From Patescibacteria group bacterium (GTDB lineage: Bacteria > Patescibacteriota > UBA1384 > XYA2-FULL-43-10 > 1-14-0-10-43-13): a DNA stretch of 64,000 nucleotides. Below are positions 51,796-61,343 of this stretch, piece after piece; positions within the stretch are counted from its first letter, which is position 1; the number at the start of each line of letters is the position of its first letter. The translations under genes and the position numbers were made by a program. The DNA is taken from positions 66,040 to 130,039 of the forward strand of contig JBAYVE010000003.1 of assembly GCA_041674765.1 (NCBI GenBank), written 5' to 3'. A model generated the notes under the pieces. The model saw only the letters and a program-made list of their open reading frames with translations, was not told the DNA's origin and did not search any database.

Positions 51796-52608
51796 ATGCC
51801 AAAGCCAGATAAAGATGTCTTTCGGTTAGCGCATCATTCTCGCAATTTGGGCCTTCTGACCGAAGACAACCAAGACAAGATCAGCAATACCACATTGTTG
51901 ATTGCTGGCTGTGGTGTCGGTTCTCAAGTTGCTCTCTCGGCTGTCCGCATGGGATTTGAGAAATTTATCATTGTTGATGGCGACACAGTCGAGCTTTCAA
52001 ACAACAATCGGCAAGGTTACAGTTGGCGCGATGTCGGACGGACTAAAGTCGATGCACTAGCCAAAAAAATAAAATCCATAAATCCTCACGCTCATATTCG
52101 AAAATATCCTATTTTTATTGATGCCAAAAATGCTGAACGGATTTCCAAAAAGGCCGATATTATCATAGACACTATTGATCCAGATGCTGTGATTGCAGTT
52201 GTGGCGCTTCATCGATCTGCACAGAAGCACAAACAAACTATAATACAACCAACTGATGTTGGATGGGGCGCAATGGTTCAAATTTTCACTCCAGATTCTA
52301 TTTCATATGAAGAAATGATTGGGATGAATCCAAAGACTAGAATCGATAGAATTGATGAGAAAGAAGGCTTTGCTAAGTTTGTTGAATTTTTTATGAAATT
52401 GATGCCTACTTATGTACAGGAGTTAGCTCTTGATGTCGCCGAAGGCAGACGAGATCATTACCCTCAACCAGTCTCAGCTTCATATATACTTTCTGCCATG
52501 GCTATAATTGCAGCAAAACGTATAGCTTTGGGATTACCTATTAGAATCGCGCCGGAAGTGATCGACTTTGATCCCAATCTAATGTTTACGCCAGATGAAG
52601 AAAAATAA
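51796..52608 (+). CDS. ThiF/MoeB/MccB-type E1-like adenylyltransferase.
   Basis: LLIAGCGVGSQVALSAVRMGFEKFIIVDGDTVELSNNNRQ, a Rossmann GxGxxG plus the NRQ motif, 270 aa. Confidence 0.8.
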   Translation: MPKPDKDVFRLAHHSRNLGLLTEDNQDKISNTTLLIAGCGVGSQVALSAVRMGFEKFIIVDGDTVELSNNNRQGYSWRDVGRTKVDALAKKIKSINPHAHIRKYPIFIDAKNAERISKKADIIIDTIDPDAVIAVVALHRSAQKHKQTIIQPTDVGWGAMVQIFTPDSISYEEMIGMNPKTRIDRIDEKEGFAKFVEFFMKLMPTYVQELALDVAEGRRDHYPQPVSASYILSAMAIIAAKRIALGLPIRIAPEVIDFDPNLMFTPDEEK

Positions 52609-53923
52609 TCTGATATTAGTATTGATCGCACTCTCAGTAGCTGACTTTCTTGGTGCAGTTGATTCAACAAGTGTGAATATTGCACTCCCAAAAATTACTG
52701 AAACTCTACATACTTCAGTAATCGTCTCTCAGTGGATTCCGAATGCATTTACCCTGACACTGGTGGCATTCCTAATACTAGCTGGCAAAATCGGCGATAA
52801 AATAGGAGCCAAAAAACTATATCTATCAGGATTATTATTATTTGGGTTGGCTTCTCTAATTCTTGGATTTACAAATATTACTTGGCTTTTGATCGGATTT
52901 AGAGCAATTCAAGGAATAGCTACGGCAATCCTTTATACAATGCCCATGATTATCATCGCACACCATTGGAAAGATAGAGAAAAAGCTTTTGCTGTTACTG
53001 CTGCCACTTTTGCTGGCGGAATGCTGGTGGGACCAGTGCTTGGTGGAATTCTCACAAATTTAAATCTTGGCAATTTTTTCAGTTGGCATTTGATCTTTCT
53101 AATTAATATCCCATTTGTCATATTTGGTCTAATTATTGCCAACAAATACATTCCTGAGACACCAGCAAAGTCATCTATGAAACTCGATTATTGGAGCGCA
53201 CTCATACTCGCATTTTCATTAGTCATACTTGTTCTTGCCTTCTCAATCATCAGCAGGTATTTTATCATATTGGGATTTCTTCTACTGGTCCTACTTTATT
53301 TCTATCAGAAGAAAACAGAAAACCACCTCCTCGATTTTACGCTTTTTCAAAATCAAACTTTTGCCGCAGCTAATGTTTTAAGTTTTATTTCCATGGTATC
53401 GGTAATTGGCATGTCTTTTGTTCTGACTTTTTATCTCCAAGACACCTTACATTGGAACCCAATGCAATCCGGATTCGCATTGCTCCCAGTGCCAATCATT
53501 ACTGGAGTATTCTCTGGAATCGGTGGTCAAATCAAAAACTGGAAATTAGCAGGGTTTTTGTCTAGTATTTTTATTTTCCTTGGCATCGTATATTTGACTC
53601 AAATAAAACCAGAATCTTCATACGTTATATCTATATTGCCAGGCCTCGCATTGGTATCGGCCGGAGCCGGATTTTTGATGACAACAATCTTTGCAGCTAT
53701 ACTTGGATCGGCTCCAACTGAGAATTCGGGTAGCGCTTCTGGTATACTAAATACATTACAACAAATGGGTTCTTTAATTGGAATTGCCCTAATATCAAGC
53801 ATGGTATTACAATACAAATTATCCTTTACAATACTATCTATATGTAGTATAATAGGTATATTATCGGCATTTTTTATAAAAAATAACAGCTCTTCAAAGA
53901 GCGGAAAGTTAGGATATAGGTAG
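52595..53923 (+). CDS. MFS transporter (drug or metabolite efflux type).
   Basis: 442 aa with 12-14 predicted transmembrane helices; overlaps the end of the E1 gene. Confidence 0.8.
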   Translation: MKKNNLILVLIALSVADFLGAVDSTSVNIALPKITETLHTSVIVSQWIPNAFTLTLVAFLILAGKIGDKIGAKKLYLSGLLLFGLASLILGFTNITWLLIGFRAIQGIATAILYTMPMIIIAHHWKDREKAFAVTAATFAGGMLVGPVLGGILTNLNLGNFFSWHLIFLINIPFVIFGLIIANKYIPETPAKSSMKLDYWSALILAFSLVILVLAFSIISRYFIILGFLLLVLLYFYQKKTENHLLDFTLFQNQTFAAANVLSFISMVSVIGMSFVLTFYLQDTLHWNPMQSGFALLPVPIITGVFSGIGGQIKNWKLAGFLSSIFIFLGIVYLTQIKPESSYVISILPGLALVSAGAGFLMTTIFAAILGSAPTENSGSASGILNTLQQMGSLIGIALISSMVLQYKLSFTILSICSIIGILSAFFIKNNSSSKSGKLGYR

Positions 53924-53928
53924 GTAAA

Positions 53929-55470
53929 ATGAAAGAAAAAAAAGCTCCAGACATTAAAGAGATCATGGCTGATTATGATAAAGCTGTTGAATTTTTAGCT
54001 AATACCCCGGCTGAAGTATGGGAAAATATCGGTACTAAGACTGCACTGTCTGTTTTTGAAGATACTACTGAGAACATACCTGCATATAAGAGGTTTCTTC
54101 AAAATGAAAAATTCGATCCTAAGCAAATTAAAACAATGGATAGTTTTTTTGAAATTCCAGTTAGCGATAAATATAATTATGTTCAACCTTTTGGGTTCAA
54201 TGAGATAAACTCGGTGCAAGCAGGCAAGAACTTGTATAGTTTTTCTTTGAGCTCGGGTACCGCTGACGATCCGACGATATGGCCACGATATATACAATAC
54301 GAGGATTTTTTACCTTCAGTCTTCGATGTATTTATGCGCCAATATTGGAATATAGATAAAAAATCGAGCCTTGTACTTAATGCTTTTGCTATGGGCCCCT
54401 GGATTGCCGGATTCTGTGTCCATCAAGCTCTGCGGCCTTTGACACAGAAATATAAATTGACTATGGGCACCACAGGTGCTGACATTGAGAGTATAATTTA
54501 TGCAATTTCAAAAATATCTCAGTACTACGACCAGACAATCATTATGTCATATCCAACCTTTGCTAGAACAATTTTAGACCGTTTGGAACAAACAGGAATT
54601 AATATTAAGAAATTGAACCTGAAAATGTTTATTGCCGGGGAAGGGCATACTGTCGAATGGCGACAATACATTAATAAAATGACTTCTGGTAACAAAAATG
54701 ACTTAATATCCATCATTGATGGATATGGTGTTACAGATACAGGGCTAGCGGGACAAGGATCAGCGTTAACAAACCTGATACGAGATCTCGCATTCAAGGA
54801 TGAAAAACTATCGAAGAGCTTGTTTGGGGAAGCTAATTCTGTCCCTTCTCTCTTCCAATATAATCCCGGTAATTATTTTATCGAAGAATATAATGGAGAA
54901 ATATTATTTACGACAAAAGCTACTACTCCGCTAATAAGATATAATATTCACGATAGAGGTGGAATTATTAAATTTCGAGAAATGGAAAGTATCCTTGCAA
55001 ACCATGGCTATGATTATAAGAGACTGATCAAAAAGGCTGGGCTTCCACTAAGTATTATCAGTCAGCAACCATTTGTTTATTGCTTTGGTCGTCGAGATGA
55101 CACCATTATTATTGGCGGAGCAAATATTTTTCCAGAACAAATTGCTCCTGCATTATTTAATGAAAAGGTTAAGGATATTCATAGTTTTAAATTGACAACA
55201 AAATTTGACAAGAAACAACATCAACTTTCATATGCTATTCTTGAATTAAAATCGGGGATCACTTACAAAAAAAATCAATTAGTAAGGCTAAAAAATAAAT
55301 ATCATAATACTATTCTTAATAGACTGCTGAAGACTAGCAGTGATTATGCTGTTTCTTACAAGGCAGATCCTAAATATGCAGATATAATTATAGAGATTTT
55401 CGAGAATGGGCAGGGACCATTTGCCAGCGATAGCAGTCGAACCAAACCTAGACTTATTCTAAAAAAATAG
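53929..55470 (+). CDS. Adenylate-forming enzyme of the GH3/PaaK/F390-synthetase superfamily.
   Basis: SSGTADDPT, a variant of SSGTTGKPT, and a YGVTDTG-like motif, 513 aa. Confidence 0.6.
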   Translation: MKEKKAPDIKEIMADYDKAVEFLANTPAEVWENIGTKTALSVFEDTTENIPAYKRFLQNEKFDPKQIKTMDSFFEIPVSDKYNYVQPFGFNEINSVQAGKNLYSFSLSSGTADDPTIWPRYIQYEDFLPSVFDVFMRQYWNIDKKSSLVLNAFAMGPWIAGFCVHQALRPLTQKYKLTMGTTGADIESIIYAISKISQYYDQTIIMSYPTFARTILDRLEQTGINIKKLNLKMFIAGEGHTVEWRQYINKMTSGNKNDLISIIDGYGVTDTGLAGQGSALTNLIRDLAFKDEKLSKSLFGEANSVPSLFQYNPGNYFIEEYNGEILFTTKATTPLIRYNIHDRGGIIKFREMESILANHGYDYKRLIKKAGLPLSIISQQPFVYCFGRRDDTIIIGGANIFPEQIAPALFNEKVKDIHSFKLTTKFDKKQHQLSYAILELKSGITYKKNQLVRLKNKYHNTILNRLLKTSSDYAVSYKADPKYADIIIEIFENGQGPFASDSSRTKPRLILKK

Positions 55471-55491
55471 CAAGAAATAGGAGGGACAACG

Positions 55492-57144
55492 ATGCATGAT
55501 TATGATTTAATTTTAGGACCACTAATATCTTTGTCGTGCGTTGCCATAGGCCTTGTAATGCTTTTTAACGGTGGTCACCATTCAGAAACAAAAGTGGCTT
55601 CTATTCTCTCCATCTCGATTGGCATTTGGATAATCAGTGCATTTTTTTCAGATTTACCCTCGCTAGCGAACTATTCACTGTTCTTAAATCGATTGGTATT
55701 CTGCGCTCTTGTTATAATCATGAGCTCGTTATTATATTTGCCGTATATTTTTCCTAGACAAACTAAACCAGCAAAGTACATAAAATGGCCTCTAATAATA
55801 TTTAGTATGATTTTTAGTATTTATGCGATTGTCACTACAGGAATTGTGGAACATATAGAATTTATGAGTTGGGGTACTAATTTAGTTTATGGAAAATTTT
55901 TCCCTATTTTTTATTATTATGCAATGACAGCAATTACATTCTCTTTGGGAATGTTTATCTACCACTACATTAAATTAGACAAAAAAGAACGATTAAAAAT
56001 TATCTATTTTCTAGAAGGTCTTTTCATCTTTATGATAATTACGGTTCTAATCCATACAGTTATAAGGTCTCTAGCGGGCAGCGATGAATATTACCGCTTT
56101 GGTAATTATTCAGCTATTGTATTTGTGTATTTCACCGCCTACGCAATCGCAAAGCACCATTTGTTTAACATCAGAATATTCCTTACAGAAATTGCCTTCT
56201 CTTTAATTATGTCTGCCATAGTTGTGCAAGCAGGTTTATCGCGAGGAATCTTTGATCTGAGTGTGAACATAGTAATACTATTTATAACTTCTTACGGCGG
56301 TTATTTGTTACTAAAATCTATTCGGACGGAAATTAAACAGAAGGAAGATCTTGCTATCCTTGCACAGGAACTCAAAGAAGCCAATGAACACTTGAAAGAA
56401 GTTGATAAATTGAAAGACGACTTCTTGTCCATGGCTTCGCATGAATTGAATACCCCTATCGCCGCTATCGAGGGATATTTATCGATGATTTTGGAAGAGG
56501 GCATGGGAGGAAAGATACCAGAAAAAGCGCGTGGATATCTAGATAGCGTTTTTGTATCATCAAAAAGGCTCGCTAGCATGGTCAAGGATCTTCTGAATGT
56601 GTCCAGAATCGAATCCGGTCGTATTCATATCATCTGGGAACAAAAGCCTGTCGAGGACATTGTAAATCAAGCCATCACTGAGGTCATGTCAAAAGCGAGG
56701 GAAGCAAAACACTCTCTTACTTTTGAAGAGCCGAAACACAAAATGCCTGCTACGTGGTTCGACATAACCAGAATTACCGAGGTTGTGATAAATATTCTTG
56801 GCAATGCTATCAAATACACTGACCCTGGTGGAAAAATTGTTGCCCGAGTCACAAATGATGAGCACAAGATTGTTGTTTCTGTAGAAGATAATGGCAAGGG
56901 TATCCCGAAGGAACGCCAACAAGCGGTTTTCGAGAAATTCACTCAAGTTGATGTGATGAAAGATGAAGTCAAAGGTACAGGGCTTGGAATGTATATTTCG
57001 AAGAGATTCATAGAGCTAATGGGAGGTAAAATCTGGTTTACTTCCGAGGGAGCCGGCAAAGGCACAACTTTCTATTTTTCTCTGCCTATTATAAAAGAAA
57101 AACCCTCCGACCCGCATGAAGGCGAAGGTTTAGTCCTAAAATAA
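55492..57144 (+). CDS. Sensor histidine kinase with seven N-terminal transmembrane helices, HisKA and HATPase_c; no adjacent response regulator.
   Basis: H-box SMASHELNTPIAAIEGY, N-box NAIKYT, G-boxes DNGKGIP and GTGLGM. Confidence 0.88.
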   Translation: MHDYDLILGPLISLSCVAIGLVMLFNGGHHSETKVASILSISIGIWIISAFFSDLPSLANYSLFLNRLVFCALVIIMSSLLYLPYIFPRQTKPAKYIKWPLIIFSMIFSIYAIVTTGIVEHIEFMSWGTNLVYGKFFPIFYYYAMTAITFSLGMFIYHYIKLDKKERLKIIYFLEGLFIFMIITVLIHTVIRSLAGSDEYYRFGNYSAIVFVYFTAYAIAKHHLFNIRIFLTEIAFSLIMSAIVVQAGLSRGIFDLSVNIVILFITSYGGYLLLKSIRTEIKQKEDLAILAQELKEANEHLKEVDKLKDDFLSMASHELNTPIAAIEGYLSMILEEGMGGKIPEKARGYLDSVFVSSKRLASMVKDLLNVSRIESGRIHIIWEQKPVEDIVNQAITEVMSKAREAKHSLTFEEPKHKMPATWFDITRITEVVINILGNAIKYTDPGGKIVARVTNDEHKIVVSVEDNGKGIPKERQQAVFEKFTQVDVMKDEVKGTGLGMYISKRFIELMGGKIWFTSEGAGKGTTFYFSLPIIKEKPSDPHEGEGLVLK

Positions 57145-57166
57145 ATACAATATCTCAAATAAAAAA

Positions 57167-57198
57167 TGAGAGTAGGCGTCCGTTGGGAAGCTTACTCT
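57167..57198 (-). terminator. Hairpin GAGAGTAGGCG..GCTTACTCTC followed by a T-run on the minus strand; cysS terminator.
   Basis: Read from the sequence. Confidence 0.55.
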
Positions 57199-57237
57199 CT
57201 TAGGATCTTGAATGCTATGTTTTTTTTGCTCTGGATA

Positions 57238-58623
57238 TCAAATCTTCGATAATGTGAAGCCGGACCTCATGTCCTTGACCTGATATCCCTTCTCCTTGAT
57301 CGTGTGCCGCAGTACATCAGCACGCGCCCAGTCCTTGGCTTGTCTGGCGGTCTCACGCTGATTTGCCAGCTCAATTACTTCCGCCGGTACCTCGTCCTCA
57401 TCTGCGAGCAAATCGAGCCCCAGCACTTCGTCATAGCGAGAAAACAAGGCAATCTTCGTCGCATTGCTCATCGATGAATCCACAGTCTCCTGCAAAAGCG
57501 CCGTGACCATCGGTGTGTTCAAGTCGTCGCTGATGTACCCGAGGAACGACTTCTCATACCGGTCAAAGGCAGCTTGGTTCAACGGCCCGTTATCAGATGA
57601 CTTGATCATAGCGATCTTTTCGCGGAGTCGCAGACGAGTGTTCCGAGCGGTCGTCATCGCGTTGTCCGAGAAGACGACTGGGTTGCGGTAAACAGAGCCA
57701 AGCAACATAAATCGGTAATCCATCGGCTCATATCCTGCTTCAACAAGGGACTTTATCGTCAGCAGATTACCTTCCGATTTACCCATCTTGGCGTTCTCGC
57801 CCAGAACGAGAAATGCATTGTGCATCCAGTAATTGACCCACTTGTGGCCAAAGGCTGCTTCGCTTTGAGCAATCTCGTTGGTGTGATGAACGGGGATGTG
57901 ATCAATACCACCAGTGTGAATATCGAAGTGCTCGCCCAGATACTTTGATGACATCGCTGAGCATTCGATATGCCAGCCCGGGAATCCACGACCCCATGGT
58001 GAATCCCACTCCATCGCGTGATTGGTGTACTTGTGTCGGGTAAACCACAGAACAAAATCGAAAGGTGACCGCTTGTTCGGATCGACCTCAACCCGGCTTT
58101 GGATCGCCTCAGGACTCAGGTTGAGGCGCGCCATCTTCCCATAATCAGGAAATGCCGAGGTGTCAAAATAGACGTTGCCTCCAGCCGTGTAAGTAAACCC
58201 ACGGCTCTCGAGCTGTACGATCATTTGGATCATTTCGGAGATGTGCTCAGTCGCCTTGCAGACGACATCGGGAGTGATAATATGAAGAGTTTCAGCATCG
58301 TGGAAGAAGGCGTCGGTGTAATATTGGGCAATTTCCCATACCGATTTACCTTCGCGACGCGCTCCTTTCTCCATCTTCTCTTCTCCTTTTTCCGAATCAT
58401 CCGCCAAATGACCCACATCGGTCAGATTCATGACGTGGCGCACTTCATAGCCGAGGGTTTGGAGAGTTCTCTTCAAGACATCCACAAATACATATGCCCG
58501 CAGATTTCCGATATGGGCATAGTCATAGACCGTGGGTCCACAGGAATACAGTCCGACAAAACTCTCGGTGATAGGGACAAAGGGCTCTTTCCCGTGTGTC
58601 AGAGTATTGGTAATATACAGCAT
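57238..58623 (-). CDS. cysS: Cysteinyl-tRNA synthetase. The start is taken at MLYITNT behind a GAAGGAGAAG ribosome-binding site; the track ORF extends 26 codons upstream. GC-rich.
   Basis: CGPTVYDYAHIGN (HIGH), KMGKSEGN (KMSKS), Zn-binding Cys and His. Confidence 0.9.
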   Translation of the reverse strand: MLYITNTLTHGKEPFVPITESFVGLYSCGPTVYDYAHIGNLRAYVFVDVLKRTLQTLGYEVRHVMNLTDVGHLADDSEKGEEKMEKGARREGKSVWEIAQYYTDAFFHDAETLHIITPDVVCKATEHISEMIQMIVQLESRGFTYTAGGNVYFDTSAFPDYGKMARLNLSPEAIQSRVEVDPNKRSPFDFVLWFTRHKYTNHAMEWDSPWGRGFPGWHIECSAMSSKYLGEHFDIHTGGIDHIPVHHTNEIAQSEAAFGHKWVNYWMHNAFLVLGENAKMGKSEGNLLTIKSLVEAGYEPMDYRFMLLGSVYRNPVVFSDNAMTTARNTRLRLREKIAMIKSSDNGPLNQAAFDRYEKSFLGYISDDLNTPMVTALLQETVDSSMSNATKIALFSRYDEVLGLDLLADEDEVPAEVIELANQRETARQAKDWARADVLRHTIKEKGYQVKDMRSGFTLSKI

Positions 58624-58730
58624 GCTCTTCTCCTTCAATTCAATCGACCAAGTTATCCACAATCTACAATTCTTTAATTTATTTGTCAACTTGTCAAGCA
58701 AGTCTTGTCTTCCATAAAAAATTTTGCTAC

Positions 58731-58805
58731 TATGAATTCAATGAAAGAATATTCTCAAAAAGTTTGTTGTTGCACTTTCTCGGCTCTCTCGGGTTTGTTT
58801 TGTTG
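58731..58805 (+). CDS. Candidate leader peptide MNSMKEYSQKVCCCTFSALSGLFC (24 aa) with three consecutive Cys codons, upstream of cysK.
   Basis: ORF read from the sequence: TGT TGT TGC at 58764-58772, stop TGA at 58803-58805. The ribosome-binding site is weak. Confidence 0.5.
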
Positions 58806-58839
58806 ATATTGAAAGTAATATTTTAAACAAGCAAAATAC

Positions 58840-58863
58840 GACTCGGGAAAACCGAGTTTTTTT
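58840..58863 (+). terminator. Intrinsic terminator or attenuator ACTCGG-GAAAA-CCGAGT-TTTTTTT, 25 nt before the cysK ribosome-binding site.
   Basis: Read from the sequence. Two upstream CTCGG copies (58778-58782 and 58787-58791) could pair with the 3' arm as an antiterminator. Confidence 0.55.
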
Positions 58864-58890
58864 ATTTTAGAGAAATAATTAGGAGATCAA

Positions 58891-59790
58891 ATGAAAAATA
58901 ATGTTTATGACAATGTTCTCGGGTTGATCGGAAATACACCGTTGGTAAAAGTAACTAAGTTTAACACGAACAAGAACGTCAGGATATATGCAAAACTCGA
59001 AGGGCAAAATCCTGGAGGATCGATCAAGGACCGCATCGGTCTTAAGATGATTGAGGATGCTGAGAAAAATGGCGAATTAACAAAAGATAAAATTATCATC
59101 GAGCCTACCTCCGGGAACACAGGCATCGGTTTGGCTATGGTAGCAGCAGTTAAAGGTTATAAAATTCAGATAACAATGAGTGCAGCAATGAGTGATGAAA
59201 GAAAGAAAGCTCTTCGAGCATTCGGAGCGGAACTTATCGAAACCGATCCGACTAAAGGAACCGATGGTGCAATCGTCAAAGCGCATGAATTGTTGGATAA
59301 AAATCCGAATACTTATTGGATGCCAAACCAATTCGAGAATGATAGCAATCCGCTAGCGCATTACGTCGGAACAGCAGAAGAAATAATCTCTCAAATGCCA
59401 AAAATAACTCATTTCATCGCTGGAATGGGCACTTCCGGCACATTGATGGGCGTATCAAAACGACTCAAAGAATATAATAGCAAAATAGAGATAATAGGCG
59501 TAGAACCGATTCTCGGACACAAGGTTGCAGGCCTGAAAAATATGCAAGAAGCAATTCAGCCAAAAATTTATAATGAGGCAGAGCTAAGTAGAAAAATTAA
59601 TGTAAATGATGAAAATGCTTATGAGACTTCTCGACAGCTCGCGCTGAAAGAAGGCATATTTGTGGGAATGAGCAGCGGGGCAGCCATGTTCGCCGCTCTG
59701 GAATTGGCGAACTCCCTTGAGAAAGGCAATATCGTCGTAATCCTACCCGATCGAGGCGATAGATACACAAGCACTAACTTATTTGGCTAG
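58891..59790 (+). CDS. cysK: Cysteine synthase (O-acetylserine sulfhydrylase).
   Basis: KLEGQNPGGSIKDRIG, a PLP-lysine motif, 299 aa. Confidence 0.92.
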   Translation: MKNNVYDNVLGLIGNTPLVKVTKFNTNKNVRIYAKLEGQNPGGSIKDRIGLKMIEDAEKNGELTKDKIIIEPTSGNTGIGLAMVAAVKGYKIQITMSAAMSDERKKALRAFGAELIETDPTKGTDGAIVKAHELLDKNPNTYWMPNQFENDSNPLAHYVGTAEEIISQMPKITHFIAGMGTSGTLMGVSKRLKEYNSKIEIIGVEPILGHKVAGLKNMQEAIQPKIYNEAELSRKINVNDENAYETSRQLALKEGIFVGMSSGAAMFAALELANSLEKGNIVVILPDRGDRYTSTNLFG

Positions 59791-59892
59791 CATTTACTTG
59801 CTTTATAAACTTATGTAATATTCTATTCAAGAACGAAAGTCAGAGACCTGACTAATTTTGCACAAGATGTGCCGTTCCTAAGGAAAAGCGCC

Positions 59893-61197
59893 ATGTCAGC
59901 CCAGACGCTCCTCCTCAAAGAGGTACTAAGGCGTGATGTACAGCCGGCATTAGGTTGTACCGAGCCTGTAGCAGTAGCACTCGCTTGCAGTGTTGCCGCG
60001 CAGGCTGCCCGTACTAGCGAAGTCATCGCAAAAGGTTCTCCGATTGAACATGTTTCAATCGTCGTTGACCCCGGAGTGATGAAAAACGGCAACGCCGTCG
60101 CCGTCCCGAACAGCTTTGGCAAGAAGGGCAACCTTATTGCTGCGGCGCTTGGCACAGTTTGCACTCACCCCGAACTGGGGCTCGAACTGCTGCAAGGAAC
60201 CGACGCTCAGGCCTTGGCTTCCGCCGAACATTTGCTTCGCAGTAACATGATTTCGCTCGTCTATGATGAAAATCAGACTTCCCTCTACATTCGAGCGACG
60301 GTAACAATCGGAGCCAATACAGCTATCGCCGTCATAAAAGACACCCACACGAACATCGCTTCAATTACCCTGAACGGGGTGCGGCTTGACAGCCAAGTGA
60401 CGGGTCAAACGGCGAGGGAAGAATCAACTCTTGACGGTCGACTTTCGTCATTGAGCATTACCGATCTCGTCCAGATAGCCAACAAAGCCGACAAAGACGA
60501 TATCTGCTACCTCCTTTCCGGTGCTGATATGAATTCAGCTCTTTCCACCGCCGGAATGTCTCTACAAAAGGTAGGACACCATCTCGAGACAATGCTGCTA
60601 AGTCGAACCATCGATGACGGACCGATCAATCGTGCAAAAATCGCCGTTGCGGCAGCTACAGATGCACGGATGGCCGGCATAGCACTTCCAGCCATGAGCA
60701 GTGGCGGCAGCGGAAATCAGGGAATAGTTGCGATTCTCGTCCCTTACCTGATGGGTAAATACTCGAACGTGCCAGACACTCAGATTGGGAAGAGCCTCGC
60801 ACTCTCCCACCTCGTCAACAGTTACGTCAAGTGCTTCACCGGAAAACTCTCCTCTATGTGTGGTTGCGCTGTTGCGGCGGGGGTCGGCGCATCTAGCGCA
60901 ATTGTCCTCCAAGAAAACGGTGACGCGCTAGTGGTCGGCAATGCCATCAACAACGTTCTTGCCAACATCGCCGGTGTCCTATGTGATGGGGCAAAGGGCG
61001 GTTGTGCACTCAAGGTGGCAAGTTCCGCCGAAACGGCGATCATGTCAGCCAATTTGGCACTCGGCGGCTATTCGCTTGGCGGTCCCGAGGGCATCATCGG
61101 CAAAACTGCCGATGAAACGATCGCCAACCTGGGCAAACTCGCTACAAGCTCTGATCCGGTTGTCAATCAGGAAGTCCTCTCCATCCTCGGACGGTAA
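59893..61197 (+). CDS. UPF0597/CyuA-like L-cysteine desulfidase family protein; GC-rich. The start is taken at MSAQT behind an AGGAAAAG ribosome-binding site.
   Basis: Conserved GCTEPVAVALA motif near the N-terminus, about 435 aa, Gly/Ala-rich. Confidence 0.65.
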   Translation: MSAQTLLLKEVLRRDVQPALGCTEPVAVALACSVAAQAARTSEVIAKGSPIEHVSIVVDPGVMKNGNAVAVPNSFGKKGNLIAAALGTVCTHPELGLELLQGTDAQALASAEHLLRSNMISLVYDENQTSLYIRATVTIGANTAIAVIKDTHTNIASITLNGVRLDSQVTGQTAREESTLDGRLSSLSITDLVQIANKADKDDICYLLSGADMNSALSTAGMSLQKVGHHLETMLLSRTIDDGPINRAKIAVAAATDARMAGIALPAMSSGGSGNQGIVAILVPYLMGKYSNVPDTQIGKSLALSHLVNSYVKCFTGKLSSMCGCAVAAGVGASSAIVLQENGDALVVGNAINNVLANIAGVLCDGAKGGCALKVASSAETAIMSANLALGGYSLGGPEGIIGKTADETIANLGKLATSSDPVVNQEVLSILGR

Positions 61198-61224
61198 TGC
61201 ATACCGCCTCTAACACAACACAAA

Positions 61225-61266
61225 AGACCCACGCTGGTTTCGAACTAGTGTGGGTCTCATTATTTT
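61225..61266 (+). terminator. Terminator AGACCCAC..GTGGGTCT followed by a T-rich run.
   Basis: Read from the sequence. Confidence 0.7.
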
Positions 61267-61287
61267 ATGGTTCAGTTAAATAATAAA

Positions 61288-61316
61288 CGGCGGGTCACAA
61301 TCCATGTGATCCGCCG
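61288..61316 (-). terminator. Terminator CGGCGGGTCACA-ATCCA-TGTGATCCGCCG for the minus-strand gene.
   Basis: Read from the sequence; a T-run follows on the minus strand. Confidence 0.65.
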
Positions 61317-61343
61317 AGTTTAGGTTCATTCAAAAGAAGCTCT

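Noticed and set aside
58840-58863. A T-box riboswitch upstream of cysK.
   Set aside because: The leader is only about 190 nt and lacks the conserved T-box sequence (AAUUAGGGUGGNACCGCG) and a specifier-loop architecture. A Cys-codon leader-peptide attenuator fits better.
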